A stretch of DNA of 64,000 bases from a virus. The stretch is taken from the IMG/VR virus record IMGVR_UViG_3300023184_000036; one strand, given 5' to 3'. Of the stretch, positions 37,104-46,297 are shown in pieces (the stretch's first letter is position 1; each line of letters opens with the position of its first letter). Both the position numbers and the translations under genes were made by a program. The notes under the pieces were generated by a model. The model was not told the origin of the DNA. It saw nothing but the letters and a program-made list of their open reading frames with translations, and did no database searches.

Positions 37104-38264
37104 TCATTTCACCGCTTTTAAGAGGATAGTATCACCGTTCAAGCGTCCTGTCAAGCCAATTTCAACAGCACGTATATTATCAAGGAACTTACGAAGTGCA
37201 ACCTTACCACTGTTCTGAAACTCTTTGATTTGTTCCTTTGGCTTGCGTAGTGTCTTTGCTACACTTTGCTTGGCATCATAACCAAGGATAGTGCTACCCT
37301 TGATACCCAATACGCCGCTTGTAGCATCAGCAACATATTTGCCAATTTTACGTGTCTTGATATTGTAAACCCACAATTCAGTAGCGTTCAACACATCAAC
37401 AGGGCTAATGCTAACAAGGTTCAACTCATCAAACTTTTGCAAGAACTTAACATTCTTGACAAGTTTTTCCTTGCTTACAGGACGAGGCTTGCGAACCTTG
37501 CGAACAGCACTCTTAACATTACCATAGGTTGTAAGTGCATCAAACAGTGATTTATACCAAGTATCATAACGCTTGAAATCTGCCTTTGTCATCCAAGAAT
37601 AGGCTTCACGCAAATCAGCATCGCCTTTCTTGTTTTGGCTTTCAAGCAATTCATTATATTGCGCCGCATACTTTTCACGGATACGACTACAAAAAGCCTG
37701 CGGCATATTCTTCTCACGAAAGTAAGCCATAAAATCAGGCAATTCAATGCTACCTTCAATCATTTCATCATACTTGGCTTCAAGTTCACCAATAGTATCA
37801 TCCAACTTTTCTGCCATAATTTCGGCAACATTGCGCTTTGGCACATCCTTAACTACCTTTTTAGTAGCCAATTTCTCACGACCATAAGCAAGCAATTCTT
37901 CTAATTTGTTTACAATATATTCAGCATCATGTGCCAATGGTGCGCCATTAAGAATCATCTTGCTGGCGCTACCAATTGTGATACCTACCCGATTGTCATC
38001 GCATTCAGCAAATGCACTAATTTCTGCCTTGCCCCACTTGTAATATGTCTGCCCAAATTCTACAACATATTTCCGCATATCGCCAGCGGACATATAATAA
38101 TTGTAGAAATAAAAGGCATGAGTAATTTCCTGACGCTTCTTATCGTCAGTCCATTTACTGGCACCATCCCACTTTGGTTCTGGACCAGTAAACTTTTCGT
38201 CCATAAACTTGGGGGTTGAAACCTTACGTTGTGGTTTTTTAGCGACCATCAATCGGTTTACCAT
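37104..38264 (-). CDS. conserved T4-like hypothetical protein
   Basis: 386 aa; YFYNYY; LWVYN.KTRKIG.Y; G.T..G.D...S..KTLRKP; GR.N.DTILLK. Confidence 0.7.
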   Translation of the reverse strand: MVNRLMVAKKPQRKVSTPKFMDEKFTGPEPKWDGASKWTDDKKRQEITHAFYFYNYYMSAGDMRKYVVEFGQTYYKWGKAEISAFAECDDNRVGITIGSASKMILNGAPLAHDAEYIVNKLEELLAYGREKLATKKVVKDVPKRNVAEIMAEKLDDTIGELEAKYDEMIEGSIELPDFMAYFREKNMPQAFCSRIREKYAAQYNELLESQNKKGDADLREAYSWMTKADFKRYDTWYKSLFDALTTYGNVKSAVRKVRKPRPVSKEKLVKNVKFLQKFDELNLVSISPVDVLNATELWVYNIKTRKIGKYVADATSGVLGIKGSTILGYDAKQSVAKTLRKPKEQIKEFQNSGKVALRKFLDNIRAVEIGLTGRLNGDTILLKAVK

Positions 38265-38791
38265 ATATATTTCCTTTCGGTTGACCAGACACCACTACCG
38301 TTCCAGTCTTGTTGATCCTGATAATCCCAAAATTCATTAGAGTAACCAGTCTTATCACCGATCAGTGCATTTGTCAACTGTTCTTTTGAGATACCATGTT
38401 GGGTATAACCTTCCATGCACATATTATAATAATGTGTGGATGGATTGCTTACATAATCTTGGTCATTCATCATATAAACCCAAGCAACGCCATATCCATT
38501 ATCAGTTTCTACCCATGCACGTTGACGTAGGTAATAGCTTGGAAAACTTTCAAGACGATCAAGTGCTTGTAGGCATTTATCGCTTATATCCCACAGAACA
38601 CCTTCTACTTGACTTTCCCAATCTAATTCAACATCTGCATGACCACGGAATACAAACTTATAACCTGGCAAAATGGCCGCACCGATAACTTTGCTATCAG
38701 GGCAACGACTTGCCATTTGTTGTTTGTTTGTATTCATTCCGTAACCGAAATAAAGATGTCTATTCTGCAATTCGTAATCTACCGTATTCAC
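38258..38791 (-). CDS. gamma-glutamylcyclotransferase (AIG2-like) family protein
   Basis: YFGYGMN....QM..RCP; VEGVLW; LDRLE..P.YY; AWVYMM; PS..Y...C..GY. Confidence 0.85.
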   Translation of the reverse strand: MNTVDYELQNRHLYFGYGMNTNKQQMASRCPDSKVIGAAILPGYKFVFRGHADVELDWESQVEGVLWDISDKCLQALDRLESFPSYYLRQRAWVETDNGYGVAWVYMMNDQDYVSNPSTHYYNMCMEGYTQHGISKEQLTNALIGDKTGYSNEFWDYQDQQDWNGSGVWSTERKYIW

Positions 38792-38935
38792 TATACTAAT
38801 TTACACCTCACTATGTTGGGCATAATTGCCCGTAGGTGTAAATTACCATAGATTTAACTTTTGTCAAGTCCTAATTTTAATTTATATCAAGATATTAAAA
38901 AACCTTGACAAATAGCTAAATTATGATAGATTTAG

Positions 38936-39208
38936 ATGATGTTCTGGTTTTTTGTCATATCTTTGGTTTTAATTGGCGGTCTTATAGTCCTTTATGTGGT
39001 AGAGGCTTGGCTTGACCTTGACCGTTGGATTGCGGATGCCCCCAAACGTGAGGCAGAAGGGTATCGTGATCCTGTCAATATTATGACACCTACGTCCCAA
39101 CCCAAACCCGAACCTGTCAAAATATTGACACCAAGCCTTGAAAATTTCCCCAAAAGTAGTGAGGATGCCAAGGCAAAAATAGATAGATTGTTGAAAAAAA
39201 GTACTTGA
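38936..39208 (+). CDS. small membrane-anchored protein
   Basis: N-terminal hydrophobic helix; TTGACA promoter at ~38905. Confidence 0.55.
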   Translation: MMFWFFVISLVLIGGLIVLYVVEAWLDLDRWIADAPKREAEGYRDPVNIMTPTSQPKPEPVKILTPSLENFPKSSEDAKAKIDRLLKKST

Positions 39209-39263
39209 CAGTCCTGAAATATATGGTATTGTAAGAATATAAGGTGAATTGATGGAGAAAACA

Positions 39264-39401
39264 ATGGTTTTTACAGGAAAACCCGCATACACCACCAAGA
39301 AATTGCGTGATTTGCATGGTCGTGGTTGGGCTATTGTTCGTAGCCACAAGCATCCTGATGGCACGACCACCTACGTTATGACTTATGTAGGTAAAAAATA
39401 A
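39264..39401 (+). CDS. small early protein (45 aa), not in the ORF track
   Basis: MVFTGKPAYTTKKLRDLHGRGWAIVRSHKHPDGTTTYVMTYVGKK; promoter at 39205 and GGAG RBS. Confidence 0.65.
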   Translation: MVFTGKPAYTTKKLRDLHGRGWAIVRSHKHPDGTTTYVMTYVGKK

Positions 39402-39403
39402 CC

Positions 39404-39432
39404 CTTGACAGCCTCTTAATCTGTGTTATATT
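39404..39432 (+). promoter_or_regulatory. sigma70-type early promoter
   Basis: CTTGACAGCCTCTTAATCTGTGTTATATT. Confidence 0.7.
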
Positions 39433-39460
39433 AAATTATAGTCAATTGATGGAGAAACAA

Positions 39461-39868
39461 ATGGCTTACATGTCACAGGAAAAGAAATCCAAGATCGCCC
39501 CTACGGTCAAGAAAATCCTCGCCAAGTATGGCGTTAAGGGTTCGTTGGCAGTTTCTAATCATATGACCCTTGTGCTTAATGTTAAGAGCGGTTCTATTGA
39601 CTTTATACAAAATTATAATAAAACTGTTGGTAATCAGGTTGGTGGTTTCCGTCTTGGAAGTGCCGCAACTGATCACGTTGATGTAAATCCATATTGGTAT
39701 CACGAACATTTTACAGGTAAAGCCAAAGATTTCTTGACAGAAATCTTTATCGCTATGAATGATGGCAATCACGATAACAGCGATCCACAGACCGACTACT
39801 TTGATGTCGGTTGGTATGTTGACGTAAATATTGGTAAGTGGAACAAACCTTATATTCTTTCCAAGTAA
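39461..39868 (+). CDS. conserved phage early protein
   Basis: MAYMSQEKK...VNPYWY..HF...D.SD.QTDYFDVGWY..NIG.W.KPY. Confidence 0.75.
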   Translation: MAYMSQEKKSKIAPTVKKILAKYGVKGSLAVSNHMTLVLNVKSGSIDFIQNYNKTVGNQVGGFRLGSAATDHVDVNPYWYHEHFTGKAKDFLTEIFIAMNDGNHDNSDPQTDYFDVGWYVDVNIGKWNKPYILSK

Positions 39869-39878
39869 GGAGTATAAC

Positions 39879-40145
39879 ATGTCACAGGTTAAAACCAAAG
39901 GCGTGAGACTTAAAACAATAATGTATTCACGTGCATTTATGCTTGGTTACAAAGAAGTTGTAAATGGTTTGCCTTTTAATAGTGATTATGATAAGTGGAA
40001 AAGTGCTGACCAATGGAGTTATGAACGTGGTCGCCAGTTTGCTATTTTAAGTGGTGGTAAACAACCACCAAAAATCGGCAAGCAAGTAAACTATCAAGCA
40101 TTATTAAACTATGCTGAACTAAATTATAATGGTGAAATTATATAA
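39879..40145 (+). CDS. hypothetical protein
   Basis: AAGGAG RBS; F..GY...G.PF...Y...QW.YERGR. Confidence 0.65.
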   Translation: MSQVKTKGVRLKTIMYSRAFMLGYKEVVNGLPFNSDYDKWKSADQWSYERGRQFAILSGGKQPPKIGKQVNYQALLNYAELNYNGEII

Positions 40146-40146
40146 T

Positions 40147-40181
40147 AAAAAAGGCGGGAAAAAATCCCGCCTTCAATTTTA
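40147..40181. terminator. bidirectional intrinsic terminator
   Basis: AAAAAAGGCGGGA-AAAAA-TCCCGCCTT between convergent genes. Confidence 0.7.
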
Positions 40182-40197
40182 TTTGATGTTCTAACTA

Positions 40198-40845
40198 TTA
40201 GAACTTAACTGTGAAAGCACCAGTAACAGCATCACCAGTAGCATTCCAGTTAGTGTCATAACTGCGAGTTACGCTTAAACCAACTGAATAGTTTGATGTG
40301 ATGTCATATGTTACGCCAGTACCAAGACGATGGCTTTCGTAAGCATTTGTAGTATCAAAAGCATTACGATAACGATAGTTGATAGCATTTAGAGTCAAGC
40401 CATCAACCAACTTGTAATCAGCTGCGCCATAAAGTGCATAGTATGGGAAGTTAGTTGTAGCAAAACGCTCACCAACACCAACCTTACCGCTGACAGTTAC
40501 GCCAGAAAATGCAGGAAGTGCATAACCAGCTTGAACTTCAAGATTTTGCTTAAGAAGCGCACCTGAAACTTGAGTTGTGCTTGCAACGCCACTGACGCTG
40601 AAACCACCACCAAGATTATGCTTATAAGTTACACCATAAGCATCATCAACCTTTGCACCAAAATTGTTGCCAAGGTCTTGACCATAGCTAACTGACAAGC
40701 TATCATTGCTTGCAGCTGGCTTTGCAGCTTCTGCAGCAACTGGCTTTGCCGCTTCTGGAGCCTTCTTCTTGTTTGGAAGGTCAGTTGCATTTGCAGTTGC
40801 AGTAAGAGCCAAAACAGCCAAAGTTGAAATAATAAGTTTCTTCAT
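40198..40845 (-). CDS. outer-membrane beta-barrel protein (alphaproteobacterial Omp-like)
   Basis: signal peptide ending ANA, then TDLPNKKKAP; alternating beta-strands; C-terminal FTVKF. Confidence 0.8.
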   Translation of the reverse strand: MKKLIISTLAVLALTATANATDLPNKKKAPEAAKPVAAEAAKPAASNDSLSVSYGQDLGNNFGAKVDDAYGVTYKHNLGGGFSVSGVASTTQVSGALLKQNLEVQAGYALPAFSGVTVSGKVGVGERFATTNFPYYALYGAADYKLVDGLTLNAINYRYRNAFDTTNAYESHRLGTGVTYDITSNYSVGLSVTRSYDTNWNATGDAVTGAFTVKF

Positions 40846-41075
40846 TTTAAATTTTCCTTTCAGATTGTGGTTATATCATAGACAACGAAGTTTGTCTAAT
40901 TTTTTTATCAACCAATTTTATTATTAGTTGAAGGCAACGTATGATTTTACTCCCACGGTGTTAAAAATTCGATTTGCATCGCTGCCATGCCCCCCACAAT
41001 GTTGGGAAGCATAGATATTTATCCCAATGCAATGCAACATAAAATAAAATGACCAAATAATCAATAAATATTTTA

Positions 41076-41954
41076 ATGCTATTGAGTGAATTATACGACG
41101 ATCAGCTTAATGAGGGACCATGGACAGATGCCCTAAAACGTCTGGCAATGGCTGGAACCGTAGCAACTGGTATAGGAACTGCTGGAATTAGTGCATATAA
41201 TGCACAAAAATCACCAGAACCAGTAACTGCTGTGGCCCAAATACCACAAGTTTCACAAACTGACGTAAAATCAGAACCAGCAATACAAAAAGCACAAAAA
41301 AGTATCAATCCAAACTTTCCAAAATCACTTACCGATGTTGACAAATTACAACCAGGCGCACGTGTAGAAACATTTATTAAAACCTTATTACCAATGGTTC
41401 AAGCAGAAAATAATAAAATTTTACAAGATCGTCGTAGACTCATACAAGATATAAAAATATTAAAAAGTGGCAAAAAATTATCTAATGAAGAAACTACTTG
41501 GGTTCGTGGATTGGTTGAAAAATATGGTGAAGATAATCTTTATGAATTAGCAAAAAAGGTTGATATTATTCCACCAAGTATTGCATTAGCACAAGCTGGT
41601 ATTGAAAGTAGTTGGGGAACTGATCCAAAAACAATAAGCAGTAATGCTTTTTATGGACAAAAATCTTGGTCAAAAAGTGGTGGTGTAGAAGGTCCATATG
41701 GTGAACGTTATCGTGCATTTAAAACACCAAGTCATAGTATAGCGGCATATATGACAAATCTCAATACACATAATGCCTATGACGAGTTCCGTGACGCACG
41801 TGCAGAATTACGTAAAACTGGTAAACCAGTTGTAGGTTTGGAATTAGTTCCAAAACTTGTGGCGTATACCGATACAGGTAGCCAATATCCAAAAAAACTT
41901 AAAAGTATTATACAAGGTCGCAATTTAGGTCAGTACGATTTACCTAAAAAATAA
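41076..41954 (+). CDS. glucosaminidase-domain (Bax-like, GH73-related) peptidoglycan hydrolase
   Basis: KVDIIPPSIALAQAGIESSWG; NAFYG; Y..NLNTH.AY..FR..R; Y...L..II. Confidence 0.85.
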   Translation: MLLSELYDDQLNEGPWTDALKRLAMAGTVATGIGTAGISAYNAQKSPEPVTAVAQIPQVSQTDVKSEPAIQKAQKSINPNFPKSLTDVDKLQPGARVETFIKTLLPMVQAENNKILQDRRRLIQDIKILKSGKKLSNEETTWVRGLVEKYGEDNLYELAKKVDIIPPSIALAQAGIESSWGTDPKTISSNAFYGQKSWSKSGGVEGPYGERYRAFKTPSHSIAAYMTNLNTHNAYDEFRDARAELRKTGKPVVGLELVPKLVAYTDTGSQYPKKLKSIIQGRNLGQYDLPKK

Positions 41955-41956
41955 TG

Positions 41957-41987
41957 CTTGACAACCCCTAAATCTGTGTTATATTGG
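41957..41987 (+). promoter_or_regulatory. sigma70-type early promoter
   Basis: CTTGACAACCCCTAAATCTGTGTTATATTGG. Confidence 0.75.
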
Positions 41988-42015
41988 GTTGTAAGTTGAA
42001 AAACAGGAGATTTTT

Positions 42016-42708
42016 ATGCCTAATTGGTGCTATAACCGTGCGACTTTTACGCACGATGACCCCGAACAGATTACCCGTCTTGTCAATGCTGCCAAAGCTG
42101 GCAAGCTGTTTAATGAATTTTATCCTATGCCACCTGAATTACTTGAGGAAGCACCCGTAGGTGATGATTATCAAGAACGTAGTGCCGCTATTGCAAAACG
42201 CAATGAAGAAGAATTTGGGTATGTAAGTTGGTATGATTGGAGTATTGCACATTGGGGAACTAAATGGGATATCTCCGAAATGGATGATGACGACAATTTT
42301 AACATCACAAATGATGGCAAAACTGTATCGTTTAGTTTTGATACAGCTTGGGCACCGCCTACTGAATGGTATGATAACATTGATGGTTTCCACATTGAAG
42401 CATATTATCATGAACCTGGTGTTGGTTTCTGTGGTAAATGGACCAGTGAAGATGGTGATGACCAATATGAAATTGACATGATGGAAGATATTGAAGGCGT
42501 TAAAGAACGTATTCCAAATGACATTCTTGATGAGTTTGGTATTCTTGATGATATGGAAATGTATCAAGAAGAAAATCAAGAAGAAGTGGAAGAAGATGAT
42601 GGTGAAGAATGGTGGAGTGCAGACGAAGCACTTGAGGGCATTGATGTTGGTGAAGTAACTATTGAAATTAAACCAAGTGAAGAAGATGAAGAAGGAGAAG
42701 ACAAATGA
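42016..42708 (+). CDS. YubB/DUF1281-like ferredoxin-fold protein
   Basis: MPNWCYN; WYDW....WGTKWD; F.TAW.PP; YY.EPG..FCG; acidic tail. Confidence 0.8.
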   Translation: MPNWCYNRATFTHDDPEQITRLVNAAKAGKLFNEFYPMPPELLEEAPVGDDYQERSAAIAKRNEEEFGYVSWYDWSIAHWGTKWDISEMDDDDNFNITNDGKTVSFSFDTAWAPPTEWYDNIDGFHIEAYYHEPGVGFCGKWTSEDGDDQYEIDMMEDIEGVKERIPNDILDEFGILDDMEMYQEENQEEVEEDDGEEWWSADEALEGIDVGEVTIEIKPSEEDEEGEDK

Positions 42709-42848
42709 AGCAGTTTACCTTTAAGATGGATGATGGTGGTATTTTTCTTTGCATCGCACGTGATTTCCGTAGTGCATGTTTACTCTTTGACCAAAACCAG
42801 ATGGGTTTCAAGGCACAAGATATTCTTGAAATCGTAGAACGTGCCTAA
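42705..42848 (+). CDS. small protein (47 aa), not in the ORF track
   Basis: MKQFTFKMDDGGIFLCIARDFRSACLLFDQNQMGFKAQDILEIVERA; GGAG RBS; overlaps both neighbours. Confidence 0.6.
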   Translation: MKQFTFKMDDGGIFLCIARDFRSACLLFDQNQMGFKAQDILEIVERA

Positions 42849-43116
42849 AATCTACGCACTACCAAGTAAAATATTAGTTGCAGAAACGCTGGTCAAGTGG
42901 GAAGTGCTTGACTGGCTTTCTCGCAATATAGGCATTGTTCATAGAAGTGAAGACCCACAAAAACCTATTCATAGCGGTGAGGGTTGGAGATTTATTTTTA
43001 CGTATAGATTTGCTTCTATTAATACACGTAGAACTACTGTAAAAATTGAATTTGATGATAGTGTTCCAGATGACATAATACTTTATTTCTTATTGCGATT
43101 TGGTGATAGCACATGA
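42841..43116 (+). CDS. small protein, FxLR(W/F)G family
   Basis: WLSRNIG...GW; C-terminal ILYFLLRFG. Confidence 0.6.
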   Translation: MPKIYALPSKILVAETLVKWEVLDWLSRNIGIVHRSEDPQKPIHSGEGWRFIFTYRFASINTRRTTVKIEFDDSVPDDIILYFLLRFGDST

Positions 43117-43439
43117 GTATTACACCAGTAGGACAAATTTGGTTTGACACTGCAACAAGTGAATTAAAGATGTATGATGGTATGGGTTGGATAACTATTA
43201 GGAAAATGCCCTACACCCAAGACCCATTCAACACTGGTGCAAAGTTTGTTAAAAGATTTGCATTTTTACCACACAAATGTCATCTAACTGGTCGTAAAAT
43301 ATGGTTAGAATGGGCAATTCGTGGTGAACTAATTGATCCTAATTGGAATAACACATACCCTAAATTGGCTGGCACATATAAAGAATTTCGTTGGTATGAT
43401 AAGTTTGAATATCTAAATTGGGCAATTGCAAATGCTTGA
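43113..43439 (+). CDS. hypothetical protein
   Basis: GQIWFD...YDG.GW module plus FAFLP.KC..TG..IWL. Confidence 0.6.
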   Translation: MSITPVGQIWFDTATSELKMYDGMGWITIRKMPYTQDPFNTGAKFVKRFAFLPHKCHLTGRKIWLEWAIRGELIDPNWNNTYPKLAGTYKEFRWYDKFEYLNWAIANA

Positions 43440-43677
43440 TTTAAACTTTGAAAATGGTTTTTGGATTTCAACTGATTGGATAGATGCAACCGATACCATG
43501 TGGAAAAATTTTAAAACTTACTGTAAGAGCAAAGGTAACAATAATGAAGTTGTTTTACTGACGGAATTTAATGCCAAAGCACAACGATATGTTGGTGATG
43601 ATGACGAAGATGACCAATGGTTTATACGATTTAATACACCAGAAGATTATACTTTTTTTGTAATGAGATTTGGATAA
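43426..43677 (+). CDS. small protein, FxLR(W/F)G family
   Basis: C-terminal F.TPEDYTFFVMRFG. Confidence 0.6.
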   Translation: MQMLDLNFENGFWISTDWIDATDTMWKNFKTYCKSKGNNNEVVLLTEFNAKAQRYVGDDDEDDQWFIRFNTPEDYTFFVMRFG

Positions 43678-43907
43678 TGACTAAAATTAGGGTCCATGAT
43701 TTAGGACCGCAACGGTGGCATATGACTATCAGGTTTACTGATAATGGCACTATAAATTATGAGTTTAAGAAATGGATGAACGACAATTATCCAGATTGCC
43801 TTTGCATACACAGATTTAATAACGGTGAACCATTTTGGGAAGTTCGTGGCGCTGATCCAAGTGACCAAGCATTTATAGCAATGCGTTGGGGTGGAGAAAA
43901 TAATTGA
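43677..43907 (+). CDS. small protein, FxLR(W/F)G family
   Basis: KKW....YP...RFNNGEPFW...FIAMRWG; similar to 63335-63634. Confidence 0.6.
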   Translation: MTKIRVHDLGPQRWHMTIRFTDNGTINYEFKKWMNDNYPDCLCIHRFNNGEPFWEVRGADPSDQAFIAMRWGGENN

Positions 43908-43953
43908 CATCATATAAAATTGTGTTATTATAATAATAAACACAGGACTTACT

Positions 43954-44175
43954 ATGGTTAGAAAAAGCAGCGAAATTATTGAAGATTTTATTAAGTCACT
44001 AGAAACTCTTGTTGATGCACTTGATGATGAATGGCATCACAATGATGAAGGTGAATGGCGCATGGCAGATAATATTCGTAAAAATGTATTGCCAATTGCT
44101 AAACAGCGATTTAAAGAACATCTTGATGAATATATTGACCGCAGAATTGAAACTTATTTGGAGAAAAACAAATGA
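43954..44175 (+). CDS. hypothetical protein; paralog of 3224-3415
   Basis: 73 aa; promoter at ~43905. Confidence 0.65.
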   Translation: MVRKSSEIIEDFIKSLETLVDALDDEWHHNDEGEWRMADNIRKNVLPIAKQRFKEHLDEYIDRRIETYLEKNK

Positions 44176-44636
44176 CAGATGAAACCGAAAAAATGATTAA
44201 ATGGAAAGTTTCACCACGTTATAAGAAAAGTGTAATTGATATTGAAACTTTTCGCAATGGTGAAAATGAAATTACTTTGGAAACTGGCTGGCGTTGGGGT
44301 CATGTCGTTCTTCTTGTTCCAGAAGGCATTGACTTGGTAACACAACTTAATCCAGAAGAAAATACACGTATCCAAATTGATGGTTTAGAATATGATATCT
44401 ATGATCGTGAAATGGATGATGGTTGTTGGGAAGAATGGGATTTAGATGCACTTGATGATGAAGAAGAATTTATTGAAGCATGGGATGAAGATTCACACGA
44501 TGGCATAGCAAATCTTGGTTGGGAAGCGTGGGACAGTGAATTGTTCTTTGATGGTCCACTTGATATAGAAAATCTTGGCGAACATGTGCCGCCAGTGTGG
44601 GATGAAGAAGAAGATGATGAGGATCAAGAACAATGA
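44172..44636 (+). CDS. acidic hypothetical protein
   Basis: KKSV...E...GWRWG; DGCW; very Asp/Glu-rich. Confidence 0.65.
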   Translation: MTDETEKMIKWKVSPRYKKSVIDIETFRNGENEITLETGWRWGHVVLLVPEGIDLVTQLNPEENTRIQIDGLEYDIYDREMDDGCWEEWDLDALDDEEEFIEAWDEDSHDGIANLGWEAWDSELFFDGPLDIENLGEHVPPVWDEEEDDEDQEQ

Positions 44637-44878
44637 CATATAAAATCTCTATAAGCGATGAAACAGCAGAAAGCATGTTCCGTGATATGCTTATTGAAGA
44701 TTATCGTCGTGTTCGCAATGACATCTATAACATGACCAACAAGGCTGCAGAGTTTGGTAAACTTGAAAAGTATGAAAGTGAAGATTTAGAAGATTGGAAA
44801 CGTTGGTTTGGTGCAATGAAAATCCTCATGGAATATTACTTGCCACAAGATCGGTATAATGAAGTTGTAGGCGAATGA
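44633..44878 (+). CDS. hypothetical protein
   Basis: 81 aa, translationally coupled. Confidence 0.6.
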   Translation: MTYKISISDETAESMFRDMLIEDYRRVRNDIYNMTNKAAEFGKLEKYESEDLEDWKRWFGAMKILMEYYLPQDRYNEVVGE

Positions 44879-45135
44879 AAATAGTAGATAAACTACGTGA
44901 CATTGCAGAAGATTGTGAACGTGGTGAACGTTCACCTATTAGCGGCATTTCCACTTGGCCAAAAGAAACTACGGTTGAGTGGAAAGCCGCACATATTATT
45001 GAACAAGCCATGCAATCTTTAAAAACTATCATTGATACCGATGAAGTTGTGCCAGCAGATGCACTACGTTTTATGGCGCAACGTAATTATGAAATGTTGT
45101 TAGGATTATGCAATGCCGCAGAATTGGATAGTTGA
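44875..45135 (+). CDS. hypothetical protein
   Basis: 86 aa, translationally coupled. Confidence 0.55.
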   Translation: MKIVDKLRDIAEDCERGERSPISGISTWPKETTVEWKAAHIIEQAMQSLKTIIDTDEVVPADALRFMAQRNYEMLLGLCNAAELDS

Positions 45136-45292
45136 ATTAATTGAAGACCCTGAAACCAAAGACTTGTTACTACCATTTCCAGAGGATATGTTAAAAGTCC
45201 TTGATTGGGAAGAAGGCACTGTTGTGTGTTGGGAAATCACTACCAATGGTTTAAGTCTAAAAAAGATGGTAAAGAAGGATGATGTGGAATGA
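45113..45292 (+). CDS. AbrB/MazE-like small DNA-binding protein (59 aa), not in the ORF track
   Basis: MPQNWIVELIEDPETKDLLLPFPEDMLKVLDWEEGTVVCWEITTNGLSLKK...; swapped-hairpin pattern LPFP..L..L.W.EG..V. Confidence 0.65.
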   Translation: MPQNWIVELIEDPETKDLLLPFPEDMLKVLDWEEGTVVCWEITTNGLSLKKMVKKDDVE

Positions 45293-45495
45293 AATATTTG
45301 TCAACAATCGTATTGGGAATTGTGCTGTGTGCTTGCAGTAAAACAACAGATTATGTATTACCACAAAATCCTACTGGTATTGAACGTAAACTACTTGTTG
45401 TTCCACATCGTGATTGGATTGAAAGTGGTTGTTATCCAAAGTTAGTAGATGGTCGTGATGTGAAAGTATGCAATGCGAATACAAATAGTAAGTGA
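45289..45495 (+). CDS. small lipoprotein
   Basis: signal peptide with lipobox LCAC. Confidence 0.55.
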   Translation: MKYLSTIVLGIVLCACSKTTDYVLPQNPTGIERKLLVVPHRDWIESGCYPKLVDGRDVKVCNANTNSK

Positions 45496-46297
45496 TTTAC
45501 ATTTAGAGTTTGCTGAAATACCAACAATTAAAAATGTGGGTGCAGAAGTGCTTGTGCTTGGCGGTGACATTTGTGTTGCCCAACATCTATATCGTCATCC
45601 ACGCAATAATCTTCGTAATAATGATGGTCATGCTGTTGATGCCGCAAAGTATCGTGATTTCTTACAGTATTGCAGTGATAATTGGAGTAGCGTAATTTAC
45701 CTTATGGGTAACCACGAGCATTATAGTGGTCGTTGGGATAGAACTGCACAAATCCTACGTGAAGAAACAGAAAATTATCATAATATATTATTTTGTGACC
45801 AAGATCGTGTAGATTTTGGTGATGTTGTATTTTTAGCAACTTCACTATGGACAGATTTTAACAATCATGATCCGCTTACAATTATGTCAGCACGTGATAT
45901 GATGAATGATTATCGTGCTATTACTGAAAGTCCAAAGGATTTTGTATATCATAAACTACGTCCAACTACTGCACTTGCTAAACATGTTGCTGATTTAGAG
46001 TGGTTGCGTGTTCAGTTATCACTGCTACAAGACCGCAAGGTTGTTGTATGCACACATCACGCACCAAGTCACAGTAGTATTCATCACACTTATGCGCATC
46101 AGCATATTATGAATGGTTGTTTTGTATCTAACCTTGATGGATTTATTATGGATCATCCGCAGATTAAACTGTGGACACACGGTCACGTGCATAATGTGTT
46201 TGATTACACCATTGGTGAAACTCGTATAGTATGCAATCCACGTGGATATCCAGGTGAACAAAGTGGTTGGAATCCACAATTTGCCGTGGAAGTTTAG
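45473..46297 (+). CDS. calcineurin-like metallophosphoesterase
   Basis: SDLHLE, GGDI, MGNHEHY, THHAP, HGHVH, CNPRGY. Confidence 0.9.
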   Translation: MRIQIVSDLHLEFAEIPTIKNVGAEVLVLGGDICVAQHLYRHPRNNLRNNDGHAVDAAKYRDFLQYCSDNWSSVIYLMGNHEHYSGRWDRTAQILREETENYHNILFCDQDRVDFGDVVFLATSLWTDFNNHDPLTIMSARDMMNDYRAITESPKDFVYHKLRPTTALAKHVADLEWLRVQLSLLQDRKVVVCTHHAPSHSSIHHTYAHQHIMNGCFVSNLDGFIMDHPQIKLWTHGHVHNVFDYTIGETRIVCNPRGYPGEQSGWNPQFAVEV

